From positions 17,259-81,258 of the forward strand of contig CAZWSY010000003.1 of NCBI GenBank assembly GCA_964636775.1: DNA of 64,000 nucleotides. Reading direction: 5' to 3'. Under the pieces are notes generated by a model. That model saw nothing but the letters and a program-made list of their open reading frames with translations. It was not told where the DNA came from and did not search any database. The DNA is from an uncultured Lishizhenia sp. GTDB taxonomy: Bacteria; Bacteroidota; Bacteroidia; Flavobacteriales_D; Crocinitomicaceae. Shown here in pieces: positions 1-9,788 of the stretch. How positions within the stretch are numbered: position 1 is the first letter of the stretch; every line of letters starts with the position of its first letter. Both the position numbers and the translations under genes were made by a program.

Positions 1-244
1 TTTTCAAGTTACTTAAACAAAGCTACATTTTTTACTAAAAACTATTATACCTAAACTCAAATTAAAATCCAACAACGTATTTTGAAGTTACGCCAAATCA
101 TTATTATCCGACATCGTAATTCCGGCTTGCATCCAAGGGCGGTAGCTTTTATTGGAAATTTTAGAAGAATCAATCCATTTCGTATTTAACTTCTTGTAGT
201 AAACAAACCAAAAACACTAACTTCACACCCCTTTATTCATTCAA

Positions 245-3200
245 ATGAAATATACACTATTATTCTCCGCGTTGTTTTGCATACAACTCATTTATGCACA
301 ATTCGGACCTTCCAATGGATTAAAAACTTCTGAGGCTAAAGACATTATTCTCAATGGCGTGACGGTTTACGTGAATCCAACTACTAAACTGGAAAAAGCA
401 AGTATCTGGATAGAAAACGGAAAAATAAGAGAAATTTCAATCAAAAAATTAGAGGTTAAAGGTGCTTTGAATCTGGATTATTCTGGTAAAGTTATCGTTC
501 CCGGGTTTGTGGAGTTATACAGCAATATCGGGCTTCCGAAACCTAATGAAAAAAGTTGGAGTTACCGACCTCAACTGGAAAGCAATAAAAAAGGTGCCTA
601 TTATTGGAATGAATCTATTCATCCTGAGTTAGAGGCTGCGCTTATCTACCAACCTGATGAAAAAGCGAACGAAAATTTGCGTAAAATGGGTTTCACTTAC
701 GCCTTAAGTCATCAACAAGACGGCATCGTTCGAGGAACAGGAATTCTTACTGCTTTAGGAAAAGAAAATGTCAACCAACAACTTATTTCCTCCTCTGCAG
801 CACAATTTTACAGCATGAGCAAAGGAAGTTCGCAACAAACTTATCCGTCCTCTCAAATGGGCGTGATTGCTCTTCTCAGACAAGCTTTGTACGACCGAAA
901 ATATTACGAGGAAGCCAAACCTGCTGAACAATCTATCAGCATGGAAAAATGGATTGCCAACAAAAACCTTCCAACATTTTTCAAAACAGAGGACAAATGG
1001 GAAATCGCAAGAGCTCACAAAATCGCCAAGGAGTTTAACACCCAATTTGTGTACGTTGGTTCAGGGAATGAATACGAAGGGCTTAGACTTTTCAAAAATC
1101 AAAATTTCTCTATGGTTATTCCTTTGAACTTTCCAGCGGCATACAATGTGAAAGACCCCTATCTTGCAAGACAAATCCCTCTTTCAGATCTAAAGCATTG
1201 GGAACTTGCCCCTTCCAACCCAAAATTACTCTGCGAAAATGGCGTGAAGGTTGCTTTCACCACTAATGGATTATCTGGCAACGAAGATTTCTGGAAGAAT
1301 ATCCATAAAGCTCTTGAGCGAGGCTTGTCTAAAACGGATGCTTTAGCGGCACTTACTAAAATACCTGCTGAGATTCTTGGTGTTCAGAACGAAATCGGTA
1401 GCCTTGAAAACGGACGTTGGGCAAGTTTTTCTATTTACGATAACGATCCTTTTGAGACTGAAAATCAATGTTTTGAAACTTGGGTTCAAGGAAAAATAGT
1501 ACACCAAACCCCTTCAACTAATAAACTTGTACAAGGTAAATACACCTTAAGTATTGAAGAAAAACGCTACCCAATCGAAATTACAGGAACGGGAAACAAA
1601 CCTCAGGGAAAGGTTACAACCGTTAAAACCACAACGGAAGGAAGTGTCACAAAAAAAGATACGGTTTTCCAAAAAGCATCAATCGAAATTAGCAATAATG
1701 ACATCGCCATTCAATTCAATTGCAACGACGATTCTCACAATGGTAGCATTTCTCTTCACGCAAAAATTTCATCTAATGGTGGAATTTTGGAAGGTGATGC
1801 ATTGTTGCCCAATGGAAAATGGGTGCAATGGTCAGGAATTCGAATTGAAAAGAAAGAAGAAAATTCTAAACCAACAACCATTCAAGTAGATACAAATTTT
1901 CTTGCTACTAATTGGTTCCCGAATATGGCTTATGGTTTTGATTCTGTTCCAAACCCCGAGAACATTGTTTTCAATAACGCCACTGTTTGGACGAACGAGA
2001 AAGAAGGTATTTTGCAAAATGCAACAGTAATTATTGAAAATGGAAAAATCACTTATGTCGGTGTAGCTACAAAAAAATATCCAGGAAAAGCGACAGTTAT
2101 CGACTTAAAAGGCAAACACTTAACTTCGGGAATCATTGATGAACATTCACACATTGCCATTTCTCGCGGGGTAAACGAAGGTGGACAAAGTATAACTGCT
2201 GAAGTAAGTATTGCAGACGTTGTCAACCCGGATGACATTAACATTTACAGGCAGTTGGCTGGTGGTGTGACTTCCGCTCAACTTTTACATGGTTCTGCCA
2301 ATGCTATCGGTGGTCAATCTGCTTTAATCAAGTTAAAATGGGGCTACACTCCTGAAGAAATGTTGATTCCAAATGCAAAAGGATTTATAAAATGTGCACT
2401 CGGGGAAAATGTAAAACAAGCAAATTGGGGGGACTTTAACACTGTTCGTTTTCCGCAATCACGAATGGGTGTTGAACAAGTTTTTATGGATGGTTTCACA
2501 CGCGCAAAATTGTACCGTCAAGAATGGAAAAATTACCAAACTTCCAACAAGAAAAACACCCCTTCTCCGCGTTATGACTTGGAATTGGAAGTACTTGCAG
2601 ACATTATTGAAAGCAAAAGATTCATCACCTGTCACTCTTATGTTCAATCCGAAATCAACATGTTGATACACGTCGCCGACACTTTTGGTTTCCGTGTGAA
2701 TACCTTCACTCACATTTTGGAGGGCTACAAAGTGGCAGACAAAATGAAAGAACATGGCGCGGCTGGTTCAACTTTTGCAGATTGGTGGGCCTACAAGTTT
2801 GAAGTGAATGACGCAATTCCCTACAACGCGAAATTGATGGCTGATCAAGGTGTTTTGGTAGGAATCAATTCAGACGATGCAGAAATGGGACGTCGTTTGA
2901 ACCAAGAAGCTGCAAAATGTGTGAAATACGGTGGAATGTCGGAAGAAGATGCTTGGAAATTAGTCACACTCAACCCTGCAAAAATGTTGAAAATCGACGA
3001 TAAAATTGGCAGTATAAAAGTTGGAAAAGATGCTGACTTAGTCGTTTGGTCTTCCAATCCTTTGAGCATTACAGCGATTGCCGAAATGACAATTGTTGAT
3101 GGTGTTACTTTATATGATCGTTCAAAAGAGGAGCAAAAACAAACTAGAAATGCTAGCGAAAAAGCTAGAATTATCAATAAAATGATGGCTTCAAATGACA

Positions 3201-3298
3201 AAGGAGAACCAGCAAAACCTTTCATCAAAAAAGGAAAAAAACATTTCCACTGCAATACTTTAGGTGAAGAAGGAACAGAGGAGGAAAACACACATTAA
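245..3298 (+). CDS. Secreted two-module amidohydrolase-family protein (1017 aa)
   Basis: N-terminal signal peptide MKYTLLFSALFCIQLIYAQ. The C-terminal module has metal-dependent hydrolase motifs GIIDEHSHIAISRG (HxH), VGINSDDAE and GKDADLVVW. The N-terminal module is amidohydrolase-like (VIVPGFVELYSNIGL) but lacks HxH. Confidence 0.75.
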   Translation: MKYTLLFSALFCIQLIYAQFGPSNGLKTSEAKDIILNGVTVYVNPTTKLEKASIWIENGKIREISIKKLEVKGALNLDYSGKVIVPGFVELYSNIGLPKPNEKSWSYRPQLESNKKGAYYWNESIHPELEAALIYQPDEKANENLRKMGFTYALSHQQDGIVRGTGILTALGKENVNQQLISSSAAQFYSMSKGSSQQTYPSSQMGVIALLRQALYDRKYYEEAKPAEQSISMEKWIANKNLPTFFKTEDKWEIARAHKIAKEFNTQFVYVGSGNEYEGLRLFKNQNFSMVIPLNFPAAYNVKDPYLARQIPLSDLKHWELAPSNPKLLCENGVKVAFTTNGLSGNEDFWKNIHKALERGLSKTDALAALTKIPAEILGVQNEIGSLENGRWASFSIYDNDPFETENQCFETWVQGKIVHQTPSTNKLVQGKYTLSIEEKRYPIEITGTGNKPQGKVTTVKTTTEGSVTKKDTVFQKASIEISNNDIAIQFNCNDDSHNGSISLHAKISSNGGILEGDALLPNGKWVQWSGIRIEKKEENSKPTTIQVDTNFLATNWFPNMAYGFDSVPNPENIVFNNATVWTNEKEGILQNATVIIENGKITYVGVATKKYPGKATVIDLKGKHLTSGIIDEHSHIAISRGVNEGGQSITAEVSIADVVNPDDINIYRQLAGGVTSAQLLHGSANAIGGQSALIKLKWGYTPEEMLIPNAKGFIKCALGENVKQANWGDFNTVRFPQSRMGVEQVFMDGFTRAKLYRQEWKNYQTSNKKNTPSPRYDLELEVLADIIESKRFITCHSYVQSEINMLIHVADTFGFRVNTFTHILEGYKVADKMKEHGAAGSTFADWWAYKFEVNDAIPYNAKLMADQGVLVGINSDDAEMGRRLNQEAAKCVKYGGMSEEDAWKLVTLNPAKMLKIDDKIGSIKVGKDADLVVWSSNPLSITAIAEMTIVDGVTLYDRSKEEQKQTRNASEKARIINKMMASNDKGEPAKPFIKKGKKHFHCNTLGEEGTEEENTH

Positions 3299-3308
3299 TC
3301 ATAAGGTT

Positions 3309-4616
3309 ATGACAATAAAAAACATTCGTCGCAATTGGCAAATAGCACTTGCTTTTGCTTTTGGAATAAATATTTCGGTATTTGGTCAACATTCCAAAAT
3401 TCTGCTTACCAACGGATTTATTCACATCGGAAATGGCAAAACAATGGAATCGGGAGCCATCGGTGTGAAAGGAGGAAAAATTGTATTTGTACAGAGCGCC
3501 CTTTCAACACCAACTAATAAATCGGAGTGGGACACGATTATTGATTTGAAAGGTCAGCACGTTTACCCGGGTTTTGTTGCCCCAAATTCCATTTTAGGTT
3601 TAACAGAAATTGATGCTATCCGTGCCTCTCGTGATTACAGCGATGTAGGAGAATTTAATCCTCATGTGCGCTCACAAATTGCGTTCAATGTGGAATCAAG
3701 AGTGATAGAAACTGTTCGCACAAATGGGGTTTTATTATCACAAGCCACACCAAGAAGTGGAATGATTTCGGGGACCTCCTCAGTAATGAAATTATCGGGT
3801 TGGAACTGGGAAGACGCCACTGTAAAAGCTGACGATGGTATTCACGTGAATTGGCCAAATAGTTTGCAAGGTGGAGGTTGGTGGGCTGAACCAGCACCAA
3901 AAAATCGGAATGAAAATTATTTGAAAGAGAAAAAAGAACTCGACGACTTTTTCCAATTGGCGTTTGCTTATTCCCAAAATCCAAACCCAGAAAAAGATTT
4001 GAGATTAGATGCAATGAAAGGTTGCTTTAAAGGCGAAAAACGGGTTTATTTCCACGCCGACGAAATGCAACAACTCTTGGATATTCTTGAATTTGTAGAG
4101 AAATTTAAGATTCAAAAACCGGTTATTGTTGGTGGCTATGACGCACATTTATTGGGAAAAAGATTGAAAGATGCGAATATTCCAGTTATGGTACCACGAC
4201 CTCATAGTTTGCCAGACAAAGAAGAGGATCCGGTTGATTTACCTTTCAAAATTCCGTTTTTACTTTACCAACAAGGCATCAAATTCTGTATTCAAAACGA
4301 AGGAGACATGGAAGCAATGAACGCACGCAACATTCCCTTTTTAGCGGGAACTGCAATGGCTTACGGACTTCCAGAAGAAGAAGCAATCAAGGCGGTTTCA
4401 TTAAACACCTGCGAAATTCTTGGAATTGATAAAAATTATGGCTCCTTGGAAGTTGGAAAAAGTGCAACACTTTTCGTATCAAAGGGAAATGCTTTAGACA
4501 TGCGCACTAACCAAGTTACGGTCATTCTAACAGACGGAAAACTCATTCCAACCAAAAATTTCCAAGAAGAACTTTACTTGAAATACAAAGGGAAATACGA
4601 GAAAGGGAGGCAGTAA
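3309..4616 (+). CDS. Secreted amidohydrolase-like protein with a degenerate metal site
   Basis: The ORF track starts at 3264, but the ATG at 3309 (MTIKNIRRNWQIALAFAFGINISVFGQ, signal-like) avoids overlap with the upstream gene. It has HVYPGFVAPNSILGL where the family normally has HxH. The C-terminal GSLEVGKSATLFV is typical of the family. Confidence 0.65.
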   Translation: MTIKNIRRNWQIALAFAFGINISVFGQHSKILLTNGFIHIGNGKTMESGAIGVKGGKIVFVQSALSTPTNKSEWDTIIDLKGQHVYPGFVAPNSILGLTEIDAIRASRDYSDVGEFNPHVRSQIAFNVESRVIETVRTNGVLLSQATPRSGMISGTSSVMKLSGWNWEDATVKADDGIHVNWPNSLQGGGWWAEPAPKNRNENYLKEKKELDDFFQLAFAYSQNPNPEKDLRLDAMKGCFKGEKRVYFHADEMQQLLDILEFVEKFKIQKPVIVGGYDAHLLGKRLKDANIPVMVPRPHSLPDKEEDPVDLPFKIPFLLYQQGIKFCIQNEGDMEAMNARNIPFLAGTAMAYGLPEEEAIKAVSLNTCEILGIDKNYGSLEVGKSATLFVSKGNALDMRTNQVTVILTDGKLIPTKNFQEELYLKYKGKYEKGRQ

Positions 4617-4619
4617 GCT

Positions 4620-7600
4620 CTACCTCAAAATATACATTTTACCCAATCCTTTATGGAAATACTGATCCGCACCACTTTCGCGTTGCATGATTTCCTTTCC
4701 GTTGATTTTGGCTTTTACGCGGTATAAGTAAACACCATTAGCAAGTAAGTCGCCGTATTGGTCTCGTCCGTCCCAAGAGAATTGTGTGATGTTTCTTCCA
4801 ATCTGAATTGGACCAAGTTCGCCCTCTGAAATTTCACGCACTACCCTTCCAGAAATCGTCATGATTTGAATCAAAATATCATCGGGTAATTCACTTCCAG
4901 TTAAGGTGAAAACAAATTTTGTATTCGTTGAAAAAGGATTTGGATAGTTCATCATTTGCGTGATTGTTGATTCATGAATCACCTGAAATTCAATCTTATA
5001 GTCTAAATCTCCTGATAAATTTCCGGATTTATCTGTTCCTTGAACCAATAAAGTGTAAGTACCATTTTCAGGGAATTCACCAGGTAAAATTATCTTGAAC
5101 TTCTTGTTTTGACTATTGGCTGGAATCCAAGTCATACCTTGTGTCCCATCGGTCGGCATAAAGTGCAACCTGCGCTGAACACCTGATGGACTCGTCAAAT
5201 AAATGCCAAAAAGGGAAGTGTCGGCATCACTATTCATTATCAAATATGGATTTTCGTCCTTTAGAGTAATTACAATCTCACTTTTAGGAGAAACAATGTC
5301 TTTATTCATGATGTGCCTTCCGTCGAATGTAACATCCAAAATAGGATTCTTATTTTCACCAACGACGGTAAATGGAAATTGAAGTACGTTGTTGAGATGC
5401 GTTAATTCGGGCTGGTCAGTCGTTCCTGTGGAAGCATCAATAATTGGATTCACTTCGACATGGAACCAATTTTCTCCAATAAGTCCGCGTGTGTCAATGG
5501 TAATAGTGTCAAATAAACTCGCATTTAAACGCAAAGAATCTTGTCGTGGATAAGGAAGTGGTCGCTTGATTTGATTGCGGTCAACGAGATAGTAACTTAC
5601 CAATAATGAATCCATAGGCAAATAACCAATGTTTCTAATATTCACACCAAACTTCGCTTGTTTTCCTTCTTGAATTTCAGGGGTTCCAGGTTGCCAAACA
5701 TATCCACTTTGTGCATCAATAGTCGCTTCGGGAAGTGGAGTGTATAGCACTTGCCAATATTTAAGTTGAGCTGGTGTTTGTGTAGCTTCGTCTTTATAAT
5801 TGGCTGCAAGTCTGATTTTTGGATAAAGTGAAGCATCTATTTGGTTGCTCAACTGCAATAGTGAGTCGCCAGAATTTAAGGTTGGGTTGATTGAATACTG
5901 ATAAGCTCCTGCTCCGTTCAATACTTGAATTTCTAAATCTGTCACGTCTTGTGAATTGGTTTCCAAGGATTGGTGTTTCCAGAAAATAGCGTCCCATTTA
6001 GCAACAGGACCAATAACTGGGCTTATCTCACGACCGAATGCCTGAACGCCTGTGATTACAGTATCCAAATAAATTTCTTCATTGTTCTGAGAAAATTTCT
6101 CTACCACAAAATTCGGGTCACCTTTTCTTGTCAAAAATGCAAAAGGACGATTTGGACGACCAGGAACAATACTATCCGAACCGAGATTTTGGAACATCTG
6201 ATATAATTGAGGGTCAAATTGAGTCCACCAATCGTAGCGTGTTGTAATTGGAGTATAGATGAGTATGTAATCCCCAAAAGGAACTTTATTCTGAATCATG
6301 TCGCGCATTGCGGCAAGCTGGGTAGTGCTGTTTTGATTAAAAGTAAAAAACTTCATTGGACGAGGGACACAGCCACCGTTGTCGTTTGCATTTCCAAATG
6401 CATTTTGTGGATTTGCTACGGTTCCGTTGCTGTAAGTGTATCTTGTTTCCCAAGCTGTTAAAGTGGTTTTATCAATAACCGCCACATGGAATTTCGGAAT
6501 GGTCGTACAAATGTCATAATCTTGTTGAACACCATTTAAAAACCAGGCAACATTAAAGTGATTCCAACCAGGTGAAGAAGCTAAAACTCTCGCTGAAATA
6601 TTGGCATAGTTGGGTTGAAATTCACGCAATTCCGCCAACTCATTCAAATTGACGCCTGAAAATCCATTCACTTGAAACTGATTCCAATCCGCTTGTCCCC
6701 AACCCGATTTATTTTTTATGTATTGAAAAGAACGTGTTTTCCAAATCAAATTATTCTCTACAAGGGCAACTCGCCAGTAATAAACGGTTGAATCTGTAAA
6801 AATCAACGGCGCATTTTGAGAATTACTTACCTTTTTCCATTCATTGAAAGCCACAGATTTGACACCACCTGAACCAGTTACTTCAGCAAAACGTCGGAAC
6901 GGACTGCTAAAATTAGCAAGCGTATCAATTTCAAAACGGTAGGATTTAACTGTTGCAAGTGGATTTAAAGTGGAAGCGTAGAAAGTGATGGTGTCATTAG
7001 GTACAACAGCAAATTGTTCGGGTAAAACGGGTTCGATACCATCCACATTAATTAAGAAAGTTTTGGTAATTCGATTGTTGTTCGTTTCATCGTACTGCTC
7101 ATCAGTAAACGAAGGAATGTCCACACTTACTGTGAAGCGATTAAGCCCAATTCCAATAGTGGGTTGAAAAGGAATTTTCCGCAAAATAGTGGTTTCATAA
7201 TTCATCCCATTTACTTGAACGAAATAACTCGAATCCACATTACTTCCTGGGAAATCTCTTCGAATTTCAACGGTAAAAGGTTGTGTAACTGCTTTTCCTA
7301 GGTTGCGAATCGTTAATCTAACCTCCAAGGAATCCGTCGCATAACTAATATTCGATGGACCAAAACTCAATCTTGAGTCCGTAATTTCCATTTCAGGTTT
7401 ATTGTGATAATTGATGCGCAACATGGGGTCACCATTCAATGTCATTTGACAGAATGTTGCCTCTGTTATCAAACTCGAACTTGCCGAAAATGCTGAATCA
7501 AGTACATATTTGATGTGTGAACCTAAAGTATTTCCATAATTCCATCGACTGAACTGTCGGTAAAAGCTAGAAGAATAAGCATTCAATGCAGAAGTAAAGC

Positions 7601-9788
7601 CGTAATCAATTGTTCCTATGTAGCCAATTACGCCCGCATTTGGTGCTAAAACAAAAGACTGAGAATTGGAGGGTGCATTATGGAAAATATTTCCGTTGTA
7701 ACACGAATTAGCAATTAAAAGCGGATACTTCCCTTGATTTCCCCAGTTGGAAGGTTGATCTAAATTAACATCAAAACCACTTTCAGAAGTAGTAAAGTGT
7801 CCAAAGAAATTCATCACACTCACGCCATCTTTAATTCTATTTTTTATGGATTGCAATTCGGATGGAGAAATTGGTGCTGCGTTTGATTTTGCTACCAAGC
7901 GAACTTTTCCCGCAAACATTCTATTTTCTGCAGTAGTTGCCATACTGTTCAAATAACCTTGAAGAATATCTTGCTCAATAGCATCTGTTCCTCCTGAGAA
8001 ATGTAAAATGTGTTTTTGCCAATCTTTGGTTTGAGTGGAATAAACAGAGCTTTGTATTTGCTGCTGTTCGTATTCTATTACTTTCGAGAAATAAATTTGT
8101 AATTCTTCTTCTGACTGAACAGAAATTCTACCTGTGGGAATCAAAGGCGACCAACGGTTTGTTCCTGGAAAATTAGAAGTTATACAAGCATCACAAGAAG
8201 GTTGACCGAAAGACGGAATTAAGTTGTTTGCATAAGCCGCAGCATTCGTTCTTGAACCAGGCCCCAAATTGGTTGCTGAAGTAATGTTTGCCTCGCGAAT
8301 TCCTTTTCCAACTAAAAACAATCCAACGGGTTTTTCAGAACTTACCGTGTAAATGTGGTGTCCAAATCGACGAATTCCATTAATGTGTTTTGGAATGCCT
8401 CCACCATATTGCAAACACAACTCATCAATGTTAGCAAGAATGACATTGTAAGATCCTCCAGCTGTTGAACTTCTGTAATTGGCATATTCCAAAGTTTTGT
8501 TTTTCAACTTATTGGAATAAACCATTAACAAAGCCTTATTCAAATTTGCCGAGGCAGTAAAATTGGTAAAAGATCCGGTTCCATTTACTGGAGAAAGATT
8601 CAAGACTTGAATTGCCGCTGATAAATCTTCCAAAACAGCGAGTTGATTGTTAGATGGGTCGTTTGGAATCACTGCACCAAACCCGCCTGATTGGGCGGTT
8701 AGGGGAATAAAACGATTTCCATTTGCGCCAAAAACGAATAAAATTGGATTGGTCATGTTGACATTAGAAATGTTCAACCGCATTTTATTTCCAGAAAGCG
8801 AATTATTCAAGAAGAAATTGGTTTTCGTTGCGTTTGCGAAATTTGGTGTACGAGGGTAAAGAAATGAGTAGTAATTCAGTGACTGAAAATCAGTGGCAAC
8901 CCCCAAATCACCAATAATTCTAACCCTAAAATCAGAATTTCCTGAAGCAGGAAAAATACTTGGGGAAAGCGAACGATTTACAAAAATTGGTCTAAATCCT
9001 GACCATGTTGTATCGAAAATTACTGTATTTGATGCACCAATTGTATGTCTCGAATGGTGATTTTGCTGACCTGAAACTGTTGCTGCATTTGATTGTCCAA
9101 CTACCACAGAACGGTACCGAACATTTGGTGCATCCGCCCCCTGATAAATATTGGTAAATTGAACGGTACTGAAATTCCAAGATGCTCCATTCGCCGTTGC
9201 TCCGTTGATAGCTGTTCGACCCCATCCTTCACCACGAACATAAAATGAACTTGCGGCATCCGAGAATTTTTCACCTTCATTATATCGTTCATTGAAAAAA
9301 CCGGCCAAATCAGTAAGTACATAGTTCGCAGCCGTATAAGCACTCAAATTGACATCTGTTTCCACTTGAAAACGCTTGTTGGTTGTTAAGTTGTTCCAAG
9401 TCAAAAAATAATAAATCGTATCGTTATAAAGACTGTAATAAGGATTACCAATCAAATTTGGCGAATCATAAAGTGTTGAGTCCAACCAACCGTTATTTCT
9501 TTCGGCGTAAAAAAGTAAATAGTCGCCCGAGTTCATTGTATTATCCCCTCCATCAACTATGTAAAGAGGAACTTCGCGCTGCCTTCCAAATATTTGTAAA
9601 TTTCTGCTATCCAAGCTTCCAATCGGAACGCCTGAAGCAGTAAGAGTTTCAGCATTAATTCTATGTATTCCCGAACCTACAACAGGAAACATGTAGTATT
9701 GCTGATTGTAATTTATCCATTCATTTCCAAACTGTTGCGAGAACAATCCAAATGATGTGAAAATAAAATAAAATAAAATCAATCTCAT
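4620..9788 (-). CDS. porU: T9SS C-terminal signal peptidase/sortase PorU (peptidase C25-like), 1722 aa
   Basis: Signal peptide present. Gingipain-like His and Cys motifs NFFGHFTT and LLIANSCYNG. C-terminal type-A T9SS sorting domain (NYPNPFSTNTKFVF...GVYLYRVKAKING). Its start codon overlaps the stop of the PorV-like gene (ATGA at 9785-9788). The porU/porV pairing is typical of Bacteroidota. Confidence 0.8.
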   Translation of the reverse strand: MRLILFYFIFTSFGLFSQQFGNEWINYNQQYYMFPVVGSGIHRINAETLTASGVPIGSLDSRNLQIFGRQREVPLYIVDGGDNTMNSGDYLLFYAERNNGWLDSTLYDSPNLIGNPYYSLYNDTIYYFLTWNNLTTNKRFQVETDVNLSAYTAANYVLTDLAGFFNERYNEGEKFSDAASSFYVRGEGWGRTAINGATANGASWNFSTVQFTNIYQGADAPNVRYRSVVVGQSNAATVSGQQNHHSRHTIGASNTVIFDTTWSGFRPIFVNRSLSPSIFPASGNSDFRVRIIGDLGVATDFQSLNYYSFLYPRTPNFANATKTNFFLNNSLSGNKMRLNISNVNMTNPILFVFGANGNRFIPLTAQSGGFGAVIPNDPSNNQLAVLEDLSAAIQVLNLSPVNGTGSFTNFTASANLNKALLMVYSNKLKNKTLEYANYRSSTAGGSYNVILANIDELCLQYGGGIPKHINGIRRFGHHIYTVSSEKPVGLFLVGKGIREANITSATNLGPGSRTNAAAYANNLIPSFGQPSCDACITSNFPGTNRWSPLIPTGRISVQSEEELQIYFSKVIEYEQQQIQSSVYSTQTKDWQKHILHFSGGTDAIEQDILQGYLNSMATTAENRMFAGKVRLVAKSNAAPISPSELQSIKNRIKDGVSVMNFFGHFTTSESGFDVNLDQPSNWGNQGKYPLLIANSCYNGNIFHNAPSNSQSFVLAPNAGVIGYIGTIDYGFTSALNAYSSSFYRQFSRWNYGNTLGSHIKYVLDSAFSASSSLITEATFCQMTLNGDPMLRINYHNKPEMEITDSRLSFGPSNISYATDSLEVRLTIRNLGKAVTQPFTVEIRRDFPGSNVDSSYFVQVNGMNYETTILRKIPFQPTIGIGLNRFTVSVDIPSFTDEQYDETNNNRITKTFLINVDGIEPVLPEQFAVVPNDTITFYASTLNPLATVKSYRFEIDTLANFSSPFRRFAEVTGSGGVKSVAFNEWKKVSNSQNAPLIFTDSTVYYWRVALVENNLIWKTRSFQYIKNKSGWGQADWNQFQVNGFSGVNLNELAELREFQPNYANISARVLASSPGWNHFNVAWFLNGVQQDYDICTTIPKFHVAVIDKTTLTAWETRYTYSNGTVANPQNAFGNANDNGGCVPRPMKFFTFNQNSTTQLAAMRDMIQNKVPFGDYILIYTPITTRYDWWTQFDPQLYQMFQNLGSDSIVPGRPNRPFAFLTRKGDPNFVVEKFSQNNEEIYLDTVITGVQAFGREISPVIGPVAKWDAIFWKHQSLETNSQDVTDLEIQVLNGAGAYQYSINPTLNSGDSLLQLSNQIDASLYPKIRLAANYKDEATQTPAQLKYWQVLYTPLPEATIDAQSGYVWQPGTPEIQEGKQAKFGVNIRNIGYLPMDSLLVSYYLVDRNQIKRPLPYPRQDSLRLNASLFDTITIDTRGLIGENWFHVEVNPIIDASTGTTDQPELTHLNNVLQFPFTVVGENKNPILDVTFDGRHIMNKDIVSPKSEIVITLKDENPYLIMNSDADTSLFGIYLTSPSGVQRRLHFMPTDGTQGMTWIPANSQNKKFKIILPGEFPENGTYTLLVQGTDKSGNLSGDLDYKIEFQVIHESTITQMMNYPNPFSTNTKFVFTLTGSELPDDILIQIMTISGRVVREISEGELGPIQIGRNITQFSWDGRDQYGDLLANGVYLYRVKAKINGKEIMQRESGADQYFHKGLGKMYILR

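Noticed and set aside
1-244. Possible gene fragment or RNA at the left edge (frame-1 ORF open to a stop at 52-54; partial hairpin around 131-160)
   Set aside because: The 17 visible codons carry no recognisable motif, and the hairpin has mismatches and no T-tract. Not supportable.
2845-3291. Long antisense or alternative-frame ORFs inside strong genes (for example 2845-3291, 9978-10328, 16829-17275, 18908-19258, 31044-31391, 46359-46829)
   Set aside because: Each lies entirely within a longer ORF that has clear family motifs. Their translations are low-complexity with no recognisable motifs. Such shadow ORFs are expected in long genes.
3264-3308. Upstream ATG at 3264 as the start of the second amidohydrolase gene
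   Set aside because: It would overlap the preceding gene by 35 nt and add a non-signal-like K/R/E-rich leader. The ATG at 3309 gives a plausible signal peptide.
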